NCBI GenBank assembly: GCA_016710265.1
Contig: JADJJL010000001.1
Span: forward strand, 859,553-923,552
Reading direction: 5' to 3'
Origin: Saprospiraceae bacterium
GTDB lineage: Bacteria > Bacteroidota > Bacteroidia > Chitinophagales > Saprospiraceae
DNA length: 64,000 nucleotides
The translations under genes and the position numbers were made by a program. The notes below the pieces were generated by a model. It saw only the letters and a list, made by a program, of their open reading frames with translations, was not told the DNA's origin and did no database searches. How positions within the stretch are numbered: position 1 is the stretch's first letter; the number at the start of each line of letters is the position of its first letter. Positions 25,821 to 35,446 of this stretch are shown here, piece by piece.

Positions 25821-28312
25821 TCTGGTTCAAATCCAAGGATAAAGTTAAATTGGGCGTAACTTTTAATGGGCGCTCCTTGATCAGACAACCATGGTTTATC
25901 AAAACCCCAGCCATAATCAAAACCCAACAATCCAAACATCGGAAGAAATACCCTTGCTCCTATACCCGCAGCTCTTCGCAGATCAAATGGATTGTATTCT
26001 TTAAATGAATACCAAGAGTTACCCGCTTGATAAAAGGTGGTTATAAAAATAGTAGCACTTGGATTTAATGAAAGTGGATATCTAAGTTCTGCTGTAAATT
26101 TGTTAAATATGGTTGCAAAACCTTTGTCTACTCTATTGTTGTAGTCATTGGTGGTTCTATAAGTGATATCATCTACATCGTAGCCCCTCATTGAAACAAT
26201 ATCACGTCCAAGTAGACCGAAAGCCTGATTGTTTAGTCCATTCCCTCCCATTTGTACTCTTTCAAAAGGTGGCGCACCCAATTTCTTATTGTAATATCCA
26301 AGAAAACTCATTTTTGCGTTAAAGCTAAAAACCAACTTGTCTATTATATTGTAATACCATTCTCCATCAAATCTCCATTTATGATATTCGACCCATTTAT
26401 ACCTTTCTTCGGATGATATGCTATCATAATTAATAGATCTTCCCAATAGTGAATAAGGCAATGTCAATTGTCCGGATAAACTTAAACGGGAGCCAGTACG
26501 TGGATAAAGTGGTTCGTTGACCGTACTTCTTGTAATGGTGTGTTTTAAAGAAAAATTATAAAAAGTTCCATTGGCCACCCCAAACTGCGGGTTGTCCACC
26601 AAATTGATTCTCTCAAGATTCATGGTGGTGGATCTTATAAAATTATCATCCGGCCATCTCAATTGTGAGCCAAGAGCTGAGGACAATCTCATGCTGGTAA
26701 ACTTTCCACCTTGAATAGTAGTCTGATCAAAAGATGAATAACTGGCTGCCACGGTAAAAGAATTGGGTTTTTTCCCTCCCAACCAAGGTTCTGTAAATGA
26801 GAAGTTGTAAGTTTGAAAAAACTTACCATTGCTTTGCGCCCTTAAGGATAATTTTTGACCATCACCTTGAGGAAGCGGATTCCAAGAAGACTTTTTAAAA
26901 ATATTGCGTGTTGAAAAATTATTGAAAACCACCCCTAGAGTCCCAATGAGCCCAAAAGCACTAAACCCTGCTGACAATTCCAATTGATCCGATGGCCTTT
27001 CTTCTACTTGATATTCTACATCTACAGTTCCACGCCTTGGGTTCACAGGAGTATTGATACCCATGGATTCAGGGTTAAAAAATCCAAGTGCCATGATGGC
27101 TCTTTGTGATCGAATAATATCAGAGCGGCTGAATTTTTGTCCCGGTCTCGTCCTTACTTCTCTTCGAACTACATGCTCATGGGTGCGGTCATTTCCTTTG
27201 ACGATGACCCGATCGATGGTCGCTGGAGGGCCCTCAGTGATTCTTATCTCAATATCTACTGAATCACCAATAATACCACTTTCTACAGGTTCAGCTCTGA
27301 AAAATAAATATCCTTCATCCATATAAAGACTACTTACATCTCTTCCATCCTGACTAAAACTCAATCTTTTACTTAGTAAATCCTGATCATACACATCACC
27401 TTTTTGGATAGATAAGACATTTTGAATCTGATCTTCCGTATAAAGAGAATTTCCTTTTATGACAATATTGCGAAAATAATATCTGCGTCCTTCATCCAGG
27501 ACAATGTGAATTCTTAGCCTTTTTTGGCTTTTGCGCCAAACACTGTCTCTGATGATTTGCGCGTCTCTATAACCTTTAATGTGATAATAATCGATCAATT
27601 TTTGCTTATCGTCTCTATAGAGATCTTCTTTGTATTTTGATTTGGAGATCACCTGCCAGACACGTTTGGTCTCTTTCATTTTCTTACGAAGCTTCCAGGA
27701 TTTGATTTTTTCATTTCCCTCAAAAGTGATATTGGAAATTTTAAGTCTAGGGCCTTTATCGACGTCAATTAAAAGTCTAACCGAATTCTCTTTTTTCTCA
27801 TCATTAAATTCAAAAATATTGACGCGGCAATCCCAAAATCCCTTGTCTATATAATGATTTTTAATGCGGTATACGATGTTTTCTTTTACATCATCTGTCA
27901 CAATACTGTTTTTGGACAGTTGACTATTTACCAGCTCATTTAACTCTTCATGGGCTCCTTTTTTAACGCCTTTAAATGAATGCTTGGAATATCTTGGTTT
28001 TTCTGTTACAAGAATTTCAATGGTGGCAGCATCTCCATAAATCTTGCTAAATGAAATTTCTACATTGCTAAAAAGTTTCTGCTTATAAACTGCTCGAATG
28101 GCTTGGGGAATCTCAGATCCGGGGACCGTCACTTTTTGGCCTGTCCTTAAACCTGAGATTGCAATAATGGCTTTTTCATCCGTAAACTTATTACCTGTGA
28201 CTGTAATTCCAGTTATTTCGTAGGTTTTCTTGGTGTATTCCAGAAATTTATTTTCCTGGGCAAAGCTTGCAAAACTTGCAAGAAAAGCAATGGTCAAAAA
28301 GATACTTCTCAT
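25817..28312 (-). CDS. bamA: Outer membrane protein assembly factor BamA (POTRA repeats plus Omp85 barrel)
   Basis: Signal peptide MRSIFLTIAFLASFASFAQ, repeated POTRA-like segments, and a C-terminal beta-barrel ending in the aromatic-rich NFILGFEPD. The start is set to the ATG at 28312; the track ORF begins at an upstream TTG at 28345. Confidence 0.9.
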   Translation of the reverse strand: MRSIFLTIAFLASFASFAQENKFLEYTKKTYEITGITVTGNKFTDEKAIIAISGLRTGQKVTVPGSEIPQAIRAVYKQKLFSNVEISFSKIYGDAATIEILVTEKPRYSKHSFKGVKKGAHEELNELVNSQLSKNSIVTDDVKENIVYRIKNHYIDKGFWDCRVNIFEFNDEKKENSVRLLIDVDKGPRLKISNITFEGNEKIKSWKLRKKMKETKRVWQVISKSKYKEDLYRDDKQKLIDYYHIKGYRDAQIIRDSVWRKSQKRLRIHIVLDEGRRYYFRNIVIKGNSLYTEDQIQNVLSIQKGDVYDQDLLSKRLSFSQDGRDVSSLYMDEGYLFFRAEPVESGIIGDSVDIEIRITEGPPATIDRVIVKGNDRTHEHVVRREVRTRPGQKFSRSDIIRSQRAIMALGFFNPESMGINTPVNPRRGTVDVEYQVEERPSDQLELSAGFSAFGLIGTLGVVFNNFSTRNIFKKSSWNPLPQGDGQKLSLRAQSNGKFFQTYNFSFTEPWLGGKKPNSFTVAASYSSFDQTTIQGGKFTSMRLSSALGSQLRWPDDNFIRSTTMNLERINLVDNPQFGVANGTFYNFSLKHTITRSTVNEPLYPRTGSRLSLSGQLTLPYSLLGRSINYDSISSEERYKWVEYHKWRFDGEWYYNIIDKLVFSFNAKMSFLGYYNKKLGAPPFERVQMGGNGLNNQAFGLLGRDIVSMRGYDVDDITYRTTNDYNNRVDKGFATIFNKFTAELRYPLSLNPSATIFITTFYQAGNSWYSFKEYNPFDLRRAAGIGARVFLPMFGLLGFDYGWGFDKPWLSDQGAPIKSYAQFNFILGFEPD

Positions 28313-28551
28313 GTATTTTCTATTAAAGCAAGGACTATAACGCAAAATCAGATATTTGATTATTGCGCAAAGGTATCAATAAAGATCATGAAAGTGGCAA
28401 AATGTTGCGAAGCTGATCATATTGATTATCAGAACAATGCGTTAATTAACGCTATTTTTTATTGGTTTTTTATTTAGATTTCAATCATTTTGAATTAGGT
28501 TTGGCTTTAAGCTCATTTTATTAACTCAAGTATCTTTACTTTTGCAAAAAT

Positions 28552-29220
28552 TTGTATTTGAAGATTCTTGCAAAAATAATATCGATTCTATTTCATCCTT
28601 TGTTTGGATTTCCTTACACTTTTTTAATGCTGTTATGTCTTAAACCACATTGGTTTAGTATCAGACATTTTAGCGAAGCAGGAATGCTTTTAATATTGGT
28701 AGTTATATACACCTGTATCATACCTATGATTGCGATTGGAATGATGAAGTTTGTTGGTTTGATTAAAAGTTTTGAATTATCAGAAAAAACGGAAAGAATA
28801 TTGCCTTTGATAGTCTGTCTAATATTTTATCTTTGGATGTATATTAACATGAAACAAGATACCTCTCTACCACCTGCTTTTCTGGCATTGTTGTTATCTT
28901 GTATCATTGCAATAAGTTTGGCATTTGTCATTAACAACTGGATTAAAATCAGTTTACATGCTCTGGTAATGGGAGCTATACTAGCGTTTTGGTTGAAGAT
29001 TAGATTTGGAGATTCAACTTCAACCGATCATTATTTTAGATTTACGGAAGATGTGGTCAGTTCATTTCATTTGAATCATTGGCTTTCTATCTGGTTATTT
29101 CTCTGCGGATTGGTGATGAGTTCAAGGTTGATTTTATCAGCCCACAATCGCACTGAAATTTATTTAGGTTTTGTTACTGGAATCGTTGCAATTTTGCTGG
29201 GATTTTCACATTGGAATTGA
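28552..29220 (+). CDS. Integral membrane protein, possibly a degenerate PAP2-superfamily phosphatase
   Basis: About 6 hydrophobic helices. The C-terminal SSRLILSAHNRTE resembles the PAP2 SRx5Hx3D motif with D replaced by E. TTG start is uncertain, because a TACTTTTG box ends only 8 nt upstream. Confidence 0.45.
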   Translation: MYLKILAKIISILFHPLFGFPYTFLMLLCLKPHWFSIRHFSEAGMLLILVVIYTCIIPMIAIGMMKFVGLIKSFELSEKTERILPLIVCLIFYLWMYINMKQDTSLPPAFLALLLSCIIAISLAFVINNWIKISLHALVMGAILAFWLKIRFGDSTSTDHYFRFTEDVVSSFHLNHWLSIWLFLCGLVMSSRLILSAHNRTEIYLGFVTGIVAILLGFSHWN

Positions 29221-29221
29221 T

Positions 29222-30040
29222 ATGAATGAATTAAAAAATAAAATAGAACAAATCTGGGATAACAGAGAATTGCTCAACCAGAATGAAAGCAAAGAATTGG
29301 TCCGCCATGTCATTGCTGAATTGGACAATGGGCATATTCGTGTGGCGGAACAAATCAGTCAAGGCGAGTGGAAAGTGAATGATTGGATTAAGAAAGCAAT
29401 TCTGATGTATTTTCCAATTTCAGAAAATAAAACAATCCATGCCGGAGATTTGAAATTTTTTGATAAAATTCCCACTAAAACTGAATTTGAAAAAATAGGT
29501 GTGAGGGCCGTTCCTCATGCCATAGCCAGATATGGATCATTTATTGAAAAGGGGGCCATTCTAATGCCTTCTTATGTCAATATAGGAGCGTATGTGGGGA
29601 GTGGAAGTATGGTCGATACCTGGGCCACAGTAGGTTCTTGCGCTCAGATTGGAAAAAATGTGCATTTGGCTGGTGGTGTAGGAATTGGAGGAGTATTGGA
29701 ACCACCCCAAGCGCAACCCAATATCATAGAAGACGATTGTTTTATTGGATCTAGATGTATCGTTGTAGAAGGTACTATTATAGAAAAAGAATCTGTATTG
29801 GGAGCGAATGTAGTGATCACTGCTTCCACACATATCATTGATGTAACAGGTTCTGAGCCAGTGTATTTTAAGGGAAGAGTTCCTTCCAGGTCTGTCGTAA
29901 TTCCTGGTAGCTATACGAAAGAATATCCTGCTGGCAAGTATCAAGTACCATGCGCGTTGATCATTGGAAAACGTAAGGAAAGTACTGATAAGAAAGTTTC
30001 ACTCAACGATGCTTTGCGTGATTATGGAATTGGACAATAA
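29222..30040 (+). CDS. dapD: 2,3,4,5-tetrahydropyridine-2,6-dicarboxylate N-succinyltransferase
   Basis: Hexapeptide-repeat left-handed beta-helix region (GAYVGSGSMVDTWATVGSCAQIGKNVHLAGGVGIGGVLEP) with a DapD-type N-terminal helical domain. The start is set to ATG 29222 (272 aa); the track ORF starts upstream inside the previous gene. Confidence 0.9.
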   Translation: MNELKNKIEQIWDNRELLNQNESKELVRHVIAELDNGHIRVAEQISQGEWKVNDWIKKAILMYFPISENKTIHAGDLKFFDKIPTKTEFEKIGVRAVPHAIARYGSFIEKGAILMPSYVNIGAYVGSGSMVDTWATVGSCAQIGKNVHLAGGVGIGGVLEPPQAQPNIIEDDCFIGSRCIVVEGTIIEKESVLGANVVITASTHIIDVTGSEPVYFKGRVPSRSVVIPGSYTKEYPAGKYQVPCALIIGKRKESTDKKVSLNDALRDYGIGQ

Positions 30041-30051
30041 AAAATTTTAAA

Positions 30052-30396
30052 ATGTCACTAAAATCAGAATTTGATGATTATAGATCCAGAATGAATGAGT
30101 TAATTCTGGCACAAGACAATCTACCACTTAAGCGATTTTTTTCTTTGGACCATCAAATGTATCAAGAAGGTGCGCTTGATGTTAAAACCAAAGAACTCTT
30201 GGGACTGGTAGCTTCTATGGTACTAAGATGTGATGATTGTATCAAATACCATCTTGAAAAAGCACAAGAAGTTGGAGTCAATACCAAAGAAATTTATGAA
30301 GTATTTGCAATTGCAAATATGGTGGGAGGTTCTATCTGTATCCCACATACCCGTAGAGCAGCAGAATTTTGGGAAGAGATTAGCTCTAATTCCTGA
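30052..30396 (+). CDS. Carboxymuconolactone decarboxylase (AhpD-like) family protein
   Basis: 114 aa with the CxxC-containing motif RCDDCIKYH, typical of the AhpD/CMD fold. Confidence 0.8.
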   Translation: MSLKSEFDDYRSRMNELILAQDNLPLKRFFSLDHQMYQEGALDVKTKELLGLVASMVLRCDDCIKYHLEKAQEVGVNTKEIYEVFAIANMVGGSICIPHTRRAAEFWEEISSNS

Positions 30397-30923
30397 TGTA
30401 ACTCTGAATTGCTTTCTAAATTTTATTCAATAAGAATGCCACGGAAAATAAGGGCAAAAAAAAAGCCCAAATTTGCACGGCGCAAATTCAGGCTCTTTCG
30501 ACTAAGGTCTCAAAATAAGAAAACTACGATCTTTAACCCTTCCTTTTAGAGAAAGTGGCTATATATTTTGACTACGGTTTGATCCGGTAGTTATTTTAAT
30601 AAATGCTCAATAAATCAAATTAAATCGGGGGTGGTGTCGGTTACATCTAAAGACACTATTCTGGGATTTGGTGTAAAGGTATGTCGGTGTTTTGAAATAT
30701 GCAAACTTTTGGCGTAAAATATTTAAAAAAAAATTATATATAAAGAATTGATATGTTGCCTTTATTAGAAAACGAAAAAGAATAATGTATATAACTAATT
30801 AAATATCAACATAATATCCAATTTTATTGATAATACTAAAGAAAATATGGCCAATCCAAGAGCAGGCTTGATTTTTATTAGGGGATATCTCCAAATCCTA
30901 TAACTTTGCGTTTTTCTATGCCT

Positions 30924-31005
30924 ACCCGGGTGGTGGAATTGGTAGACACGTACGTTTGAGGGGCGTATGCCGAAAGGCGTGACGGTTCAAGTCCTGTTCC
31001 GGGTA
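30924..31005 (+). tRNA. tRNA-Leu (GAG anticodon), class II with long variable arm; non-canonical T-stem
   Basis: 82 nt: ACCCGGG-TG-GTG-GAATTGGTAGA-CAC-G-TACGT-TTGAGGG-GCGTA-TGCCGAAAGGCGT-GACGG-TTCAAGT-CCTGT-TCCGGGT-A. The acceptor, D and anticodon arms pair well. The T-stem GACGG/CCTGT gives only two Watson-Crick pairs unless one T is bulged. Confidence 0.8.
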
Positions 31006-31115
31006 CTCATTCCAAATTTAGGATTTTTTTAAAACTTTAAGCACAATAGGTCTTTAAACCAAAATCAGATCCATTAAGTCTATTACTATATTCAATCAAA
31101 CGAAAAGCAATATTT

Positions 31116-32291
31116 ATGAGGAGTTTTATTCCATTTCTTATCCTGATGTTACTAATATCAGCTTGTTCATCTGCCCACAAACTTATTGAAACAGGCTATT
31201 ATGACCAAGCCATCCAAAAACTAAGTCGTAAGCTTGCAGGCAGCAAAAACAAAAGTAGGGAAGATGTCGTCGATTTGGAATTTGCTTTTAAAAAAGCACA
31301 GGAAAGAGATCTTGCAAACGAAGCAGATCTACTTCAGGATGATGACGAAATGAAATGGGAAAAAATATACCACATACACACCTTAATAGAAGAAAGACAA
31401 CGCAAGGTTGAATCCCTGGTCCCATTAGTTTCAAAAGATGGCTATAAAGCCAGTTTTCAATTTATCAATACAAGTGAAAGAAAAAAAGAATCAAAATCCA
31501 ATTCGGCAGAATATTTTTACAAATCTGCAGTGAGGCTTTTGGAAGAAAGTAAAAATACAAATGACAAATCTAAAGCAAGGGAAGCTTACGATTTTACAAT
31601 TAAAATACAAAATCTATATTCCAACTACAAAGATGTGAGCAGTATCAAAAAGCAAGCCCTAGAATTAGGTACCATTTATTATTTGGTCAGAATGCTAAAC
31701 AATACTCAAACCATTATGCCTATTCAAATGGAAAATGCATTGCTCAGTATTTCCGTTTCTGAACTAAATAAAAACTGGAAAAAATACGACATGCGTCCAG
31801 ACCCTAACATCGATTATGATTACCATATTGTGATGAATCTTACCAATCTTGACTTTAGTCCTGAAAGGGAAAAAATAAGGATGGTGGAAGATGTCTTCGA
31901 AACGGAAGAGTCTGAACTGATCAAGGATAAAAAAGGAAATCCAATTCTGGATAGCCTTGGCAAAAAACAATATGAAAAAGTTAAGGTGAAATATCCATAT
32001 GCTGTTGAAGAAATTACCCAACTTAAATCAGCAATCATCGGTGGCAGACTGGAGTGGATTCAAGTAGATAATAAGAATATCGAATTTACTAGACCATTGA
32101 ATGTCGAAGGTATTTTTGACAATAAGTTTGGGAGACTTGTGAGAGGTTACAAAGATAAAATGCATGAAGATGTACAAAAATTATTACGTGGAAGAGCCTT
32201 ACCATTTCCAAGCAACGAAAATATGATCCTGGATGCAGGTGAAAAATTGAAACTTATAGTGAAGGACTATATTTACGAAAGAGAAAGGTAG
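31116..32291 (+). CDS. Hypothetical lipoprotein
   Basis: Signal peptide with lipobox LLISAC. The mature protein is charged and Lys/Glu-rich. No motif recognised. Confidence 0.6.
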   Translation: MRSFIPFLILMLLISACSSAHKLIETGYYDQAIQKLSRKLAGSKNKSREDVVDLEFAFKKAQERDLANEADLLQDDDEMKWEKIYHIHTLIEERQRKVESLVPLVSKDGYKASFQFINTSERKKESKSNSAEYFYKSAVRLLEESKNTNDKSKAREAYDFTIKIQNLYSNYKDVSSIKKQALELGTIYYLVRMLNNTQTIMPIQMENALLSISVSELNKNWKKYDMRPDPNIDYDYHIVMNLTNLDFSPEREKIRMVEDVFETEESELIKDKKGNPILDSLGKKQYEKVKVKYPYAVEEITQLKSAIIGGRLEWIQVDNKNIEFTRPLNVEGIFDNKFGRLVRGYKDKMHEDVQKLLRGRALPFPSNENMILDAGEKLKLIVKDYIYERER

Positions 32292-32308
32292 TTTTTATAA
32301 ATTACCTT

Positions 32309-35300
32309 ATGAAATCTAGAGAAGAACGTATATTTAATTTTGAACAAGAATATTCAAAATTAAACCCAGCTCAAAGGAAAGCGGTAGATTGTACTGAGGG
32401 TCCAGTCATGGTGATTGCTGGTCCCGGGACAGGTAAAACACAAATACTCGCCACGAGGATTGCAAATTTACTTTTAAAAAATCCTATTCTACCTTCCAAT
32501 ATTTTATGTCTTACCTATACAGACGCCGGGGTAATCGCTATGAAAAAAAGGCTTTCAGAAATGATAGGCCCTGAGTCTTATGACATTGGAATTTTTACAT
32601 ATCACGCTTTTTGTAACAAAGTGATATCAGATCATGCCCAGGAATTTAATTTATTTGGAGAACATGCTTTAGCAGATGATTTAGATATTATAGAAATACT
32701 TTTGGATATTCTAACAAAACTTCCTTCTACCAATCCATTATTTTCCCTTCGTGAATATTATTCTCAAGTAATTCGAAATTTAAAAAAATTATTTCAAGAC
32801 ATCAAAAAAGAAAATTGGGATGTTGTGGAATTACAAAATGCGATAAAGCATACTTTGGACCATTTACACCTTGATCCTACTTTAGTTTATTTAAGAAATT
32901 CTAAAGAAAATAAAAAAGGTGATCTCAATCAAAGAAAATACAAAGAAGCCAAACTAAAATATGAAAAATCTCTGGCAGCCATCCAAGTATTTTCCAAGTA
33001 TCAGGAAGTACTGAATCAAAAAAACCTCTACGATTATGATGATCTTATCAATTGGGTAATTGATAAATTTAAAATGGATGAAGATTTTTTAGCAGCTTAT
33101 CAGGAAAAGTATCAATATATACTTGTAGATGAATATCAAGATACGAATGGTTCACAAATGGAAATCATTCGCCTGCTTTGCTCTTATTGGGATTCGCCAA
33201 ATATATTTGCAGTAGGTGATGATGATCAGGCTATCTATCGTTTTCAGGGTGCCAATCTTTCCAACATGTCTGATTTTATACAAAGATACCATCCTGAACT
33301 AATCTTACTTCAAGAAAACTATAGGTCCACCCAAGCCATTCTAGATGCATCTTCTTCCACCATTAATTACAATCAAGATAGATTGGTGCATGTTATTGAT
33401 GGTTTGTCCAAAGAATTAATGGCTGCTGGTAAAAATAAAATATATAATTCACTTCCTGCCATCATCCAATATTCTGATGCTTACTCAGAAGTTCAACTTA
33501 CTTGTCAAAAAATAAATGATTTAATTAAGCATCAATCTATTTCTCCAAGTTCGATAGCTGTATTGTTTAGAAAAAATGATGAAGCTGAGAGTTATGCAAG
33601 GGTTTTATCCCACCTTGGAATTCCATTTAAACAAAGTAAAACTGCTGATGTACTTGCGGAACCACTCATTGTAGCCATCTTAAATATACTGCAGTACTTA
33701 CATATAGAAAGTAAAAATCCATTCGGAGGTGATGAAAGCTTAAGTCATATTTTACATCAACCGTTTATAGGTTTAGATACCATTGACCTTGCTAAAGTTT
33801 TTTGGCACTTTAATTTATTGAAAGAAAATTTATATGCCACCAACCAATTTTCTTCCAAACCATTTAGTTTAAGATTATTGATTGGGGATTCTACATTTTT
33901 AGAAAATGCTGGAATAAATTCTAAGGAAACATTTATAGAATTTTCAAAAAGTATAGAAAATATTATTGCTGAAAAGGAGTTGTACACAATTCAGATTCTT
34001 ATAGAAAAATTATTCTATTCATTTAATATTATCGAGTATATTCTTAAGTCAGTTGACAAAGCAAACCAACTTCAAATTCTTCATTCCTTCTTCAATTATA
34101 TTAAAGATTTATCTGTCAAGAAACCTGAGATCAAGCTTGACGAGTTGTTACAGATTTTTCCAAAATTAAAAGAGTACAACATCCCTATTCCCGTACTTAA
34201 ATATTCAGGAATAGCAGAAGGAGTCTTATTGAGTACGATGCACAGTTCCAAAGGGCTTGAGTTTGATACAGTGTTTATCGTCAATCAAACAGAATCGAGT
34301 TGGAAAAGAAAACAAGACAGCCAGTACCTTTTACCTGATCCATACATTGGCACTTCAAACCATTCTGATGAAGATGACAGAAGACTGTTTTATGTAGCCA
34401 TGACCAGAGCTGAAAGACAGTTGTATGTTTCTTATCCAAAAATCATCTCTGCAAAAAAATTACAAAACCCATGTCGATTTGTCAATGAGTTAACGGGTTC
34501 CGGAGGAGTTTCATTTAATGAAGAGATTTTATCTGAAGATCAATTTAATGATCATCTTACCATGAATTTAAGTTTCTATCGGAGAAATTTTGATCAATTG
34601 GATCATGATTACCTTATACGTTTTTTGGAAAAATTTGAAATGTCAGCCACCTCCCTCCAAAAATACCTTAAATGTCCACTCACATTTTACCATGAAATTG
34701 TACTAAGAATTCCTGGTGCAAGGACTGCTTATATGGGTTTTGGAAATGCGATTCACTATGCCCTTGAGAAATATATTTCTGCAAATTTTTCAAGTGAAGA
34801 ACTTGATCTTGAATTGTTAAAATTCAATTTCATGACTGGGATGCGAAGATATAAATCTCATTTTACAGAAACGGAATATAACAGATACTCCGACGAAGGT
34901 TTGCGGCACTTACAAGGATTCTTAAAGAGTCATTCTGATGATTGGAAATCTGCCATCCAAATAAAAACAGAAGTTCCTTTCAAAAATAAAAGATATCAAT
35001 CTGTTCCTATTTCTGGTAAAATAGACCGTATAGATATTTATCCTACCGGCATAAGAGTGATTGATTACAAAACTGGAAATCCTAACAGAGCGAAAGAAAA
35101 AACGAAAGCACCAGACGAGAAACAACCTCATGGTGGTGAATACTGGCTACAAATGGCATTCTACAGAATTCTTACAAACACGGATTCCATTTTATATCCT
35201 TCGTTTTTAGGTGGCTGTTTCTACTACATTGTACCCGATAATCATGGGCAATATCACAGTTCTTATATGGAACCGGCATTGGAAGATGTGGAAAAAGTCG

Positions 35301-35446
35301 GAAAGATGATTACAGAGAGTTATGAAAAAATTAAAAAAGGGATTTTTACTCCAGGTTGCGGTGAAGAAGATTGCATTTGGTGCAATTATTACCAACAGAA
35401 AAAATTAGCTTCTATTTCGGAGGAAGATGAAATTGAAGAAGATTAA
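32309..35446 (+). CDS. UvrD/AddA-type superfamily 1 helicase fused to a PD-(D/E)XK nuclease domain with a Cys cluster
   Basis: Helicase motifs AGPGTGKT, LVDEYQDTN, NYRST, TMHSSKGLEFD and YVAMTRAERQL. The C-terminal nuclease-like GKIDRIDIY...VIDYKTG sits with CPLTFYHE and CGEEDCIWC (C..C-x5-C-x2-C), as in AddB/Cas4-type Fe-S nucleases. Confidence 0.85.
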   Translation: MKSREERIFNFEQEYSKLNPAQRKAVDCTEGPVMVIAGPGTGKTQILATRIANLLLKNPILPSNILCLTYTDAGVIAMKKRLSEMIGPESYDIGIFTYHAFCNKVISDHAQEFNLFGEHALADDLDIIEILLDILTKLPSTNPLFSLREYYSQVIRNLKKLFQDIKKENWDVVELQNAIKHTLDHLHLDPTLVYLRNSKENKKGDLNQRKYKEAKLKYEKSLAAIQVFSKYQEVLNQKNLYDYDDLINWVIDKFKMDEDFLAAYQEKYQYILVDEYQDTNGSQMEIIRLLCSYWDSPNIFAVGDDDQAIYRFQGANLSNMSDFIQRYHPELILLQENYRSTQAILDASSSTINYNQDRLVHVIDGLSKELMAAGKNKIYNSLPAIIQYSDAYSEVQLTCQKINDLIKHQSISPSSIAVLFRKNDEAESYARVLSHLGIPFKQSKTADVLAEPLIVAILNILQYLHIESKNPFGGDESLSHILHQPFIGLDTIDLAKVFWHFNLLKENLYATNQFSSKPFSLRLLIGDSTFLENAGINSKETFIEFSKSIENIIAEKELYTIQILIEKLFYSFNIIEYILKSVDKANQLQILHSFFNYIKDLSVKKPEIKLDELLQIFPKLKEYNIPIPVLKYSGIAEGVLLSTMHSSKGLEFDTVFIVNQTESSWKRKQDSQYLLPDPYIGTSNHSDEDDRRLFYVAMTRAERQLYVSYPKIISAKKLQNPCRFVNELTGSGGVSFNEEILSEDQFNDHLTMNLSFYRRNFDQLDHDYLIRFLEKFEMSATSLQKYLKCPLTFYHEIVLRIPGARTAYMGFGNAIHYALEKYISANFSSEELDLELLKFNFMTGMRRYKSHFTETEYNRYSDEGLRHLQGFLKSHSDDWKSAIQIKTEVPFKNKRYQSVPISGKIDRIDIYPTGIRVIDYKTGNPNRAKEKTKAPDEKQPHGGEYWLQMAFYRILTNTDSILYPSFLGGCFYYIVPDNHGQYHSSYMEPALEDVEKVGKMITESYEKIKKGIFTPGCGEEDCIWCNYYQQKKLASISEEDEIEED

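Noticed and set aside
29171-29221. Upstream extension of the DapD ORF overlapping the preceding membrane-protein gene. The analogous TTG-initiated extensions of bamA (28313-28345) and the coiled-coil gene (56307-56345) belong here too.
   Set aside because: Internal ATG codons give N-termini typical of the families: MNELKNKIEQIWDN for DapD and a signal peptide for BamA. The extensions add non-homologous residues.
30436-30549. 37-codon ORF encoding a very basic peptide (MPRKIRAKKKPKFARRKFRLFRLRSQNKKTTIFNPSF) that could be mistaken for a small ribosomal protein.
   Set aside because: Its basic character comes from an A-run that is the loop of the GGGC-A9-GCCC hairpin just downstream of the preceding gene. 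It shows no similarity that I recognise to L34/L36/THX-type proteins, and it is too short to support from sequence alone.
30480-30560. tmRNA-like fragments (TTCGAC, AAAACTACG) in the long spacer.
   Set aside because: There is no GGGG 5' acceptor strand, no matching 3' acceptor or T-arm (GGTTCGAATCC-like), and no ANDxxALAA-type tag reading frame. The resemblance is limited to hexamers.
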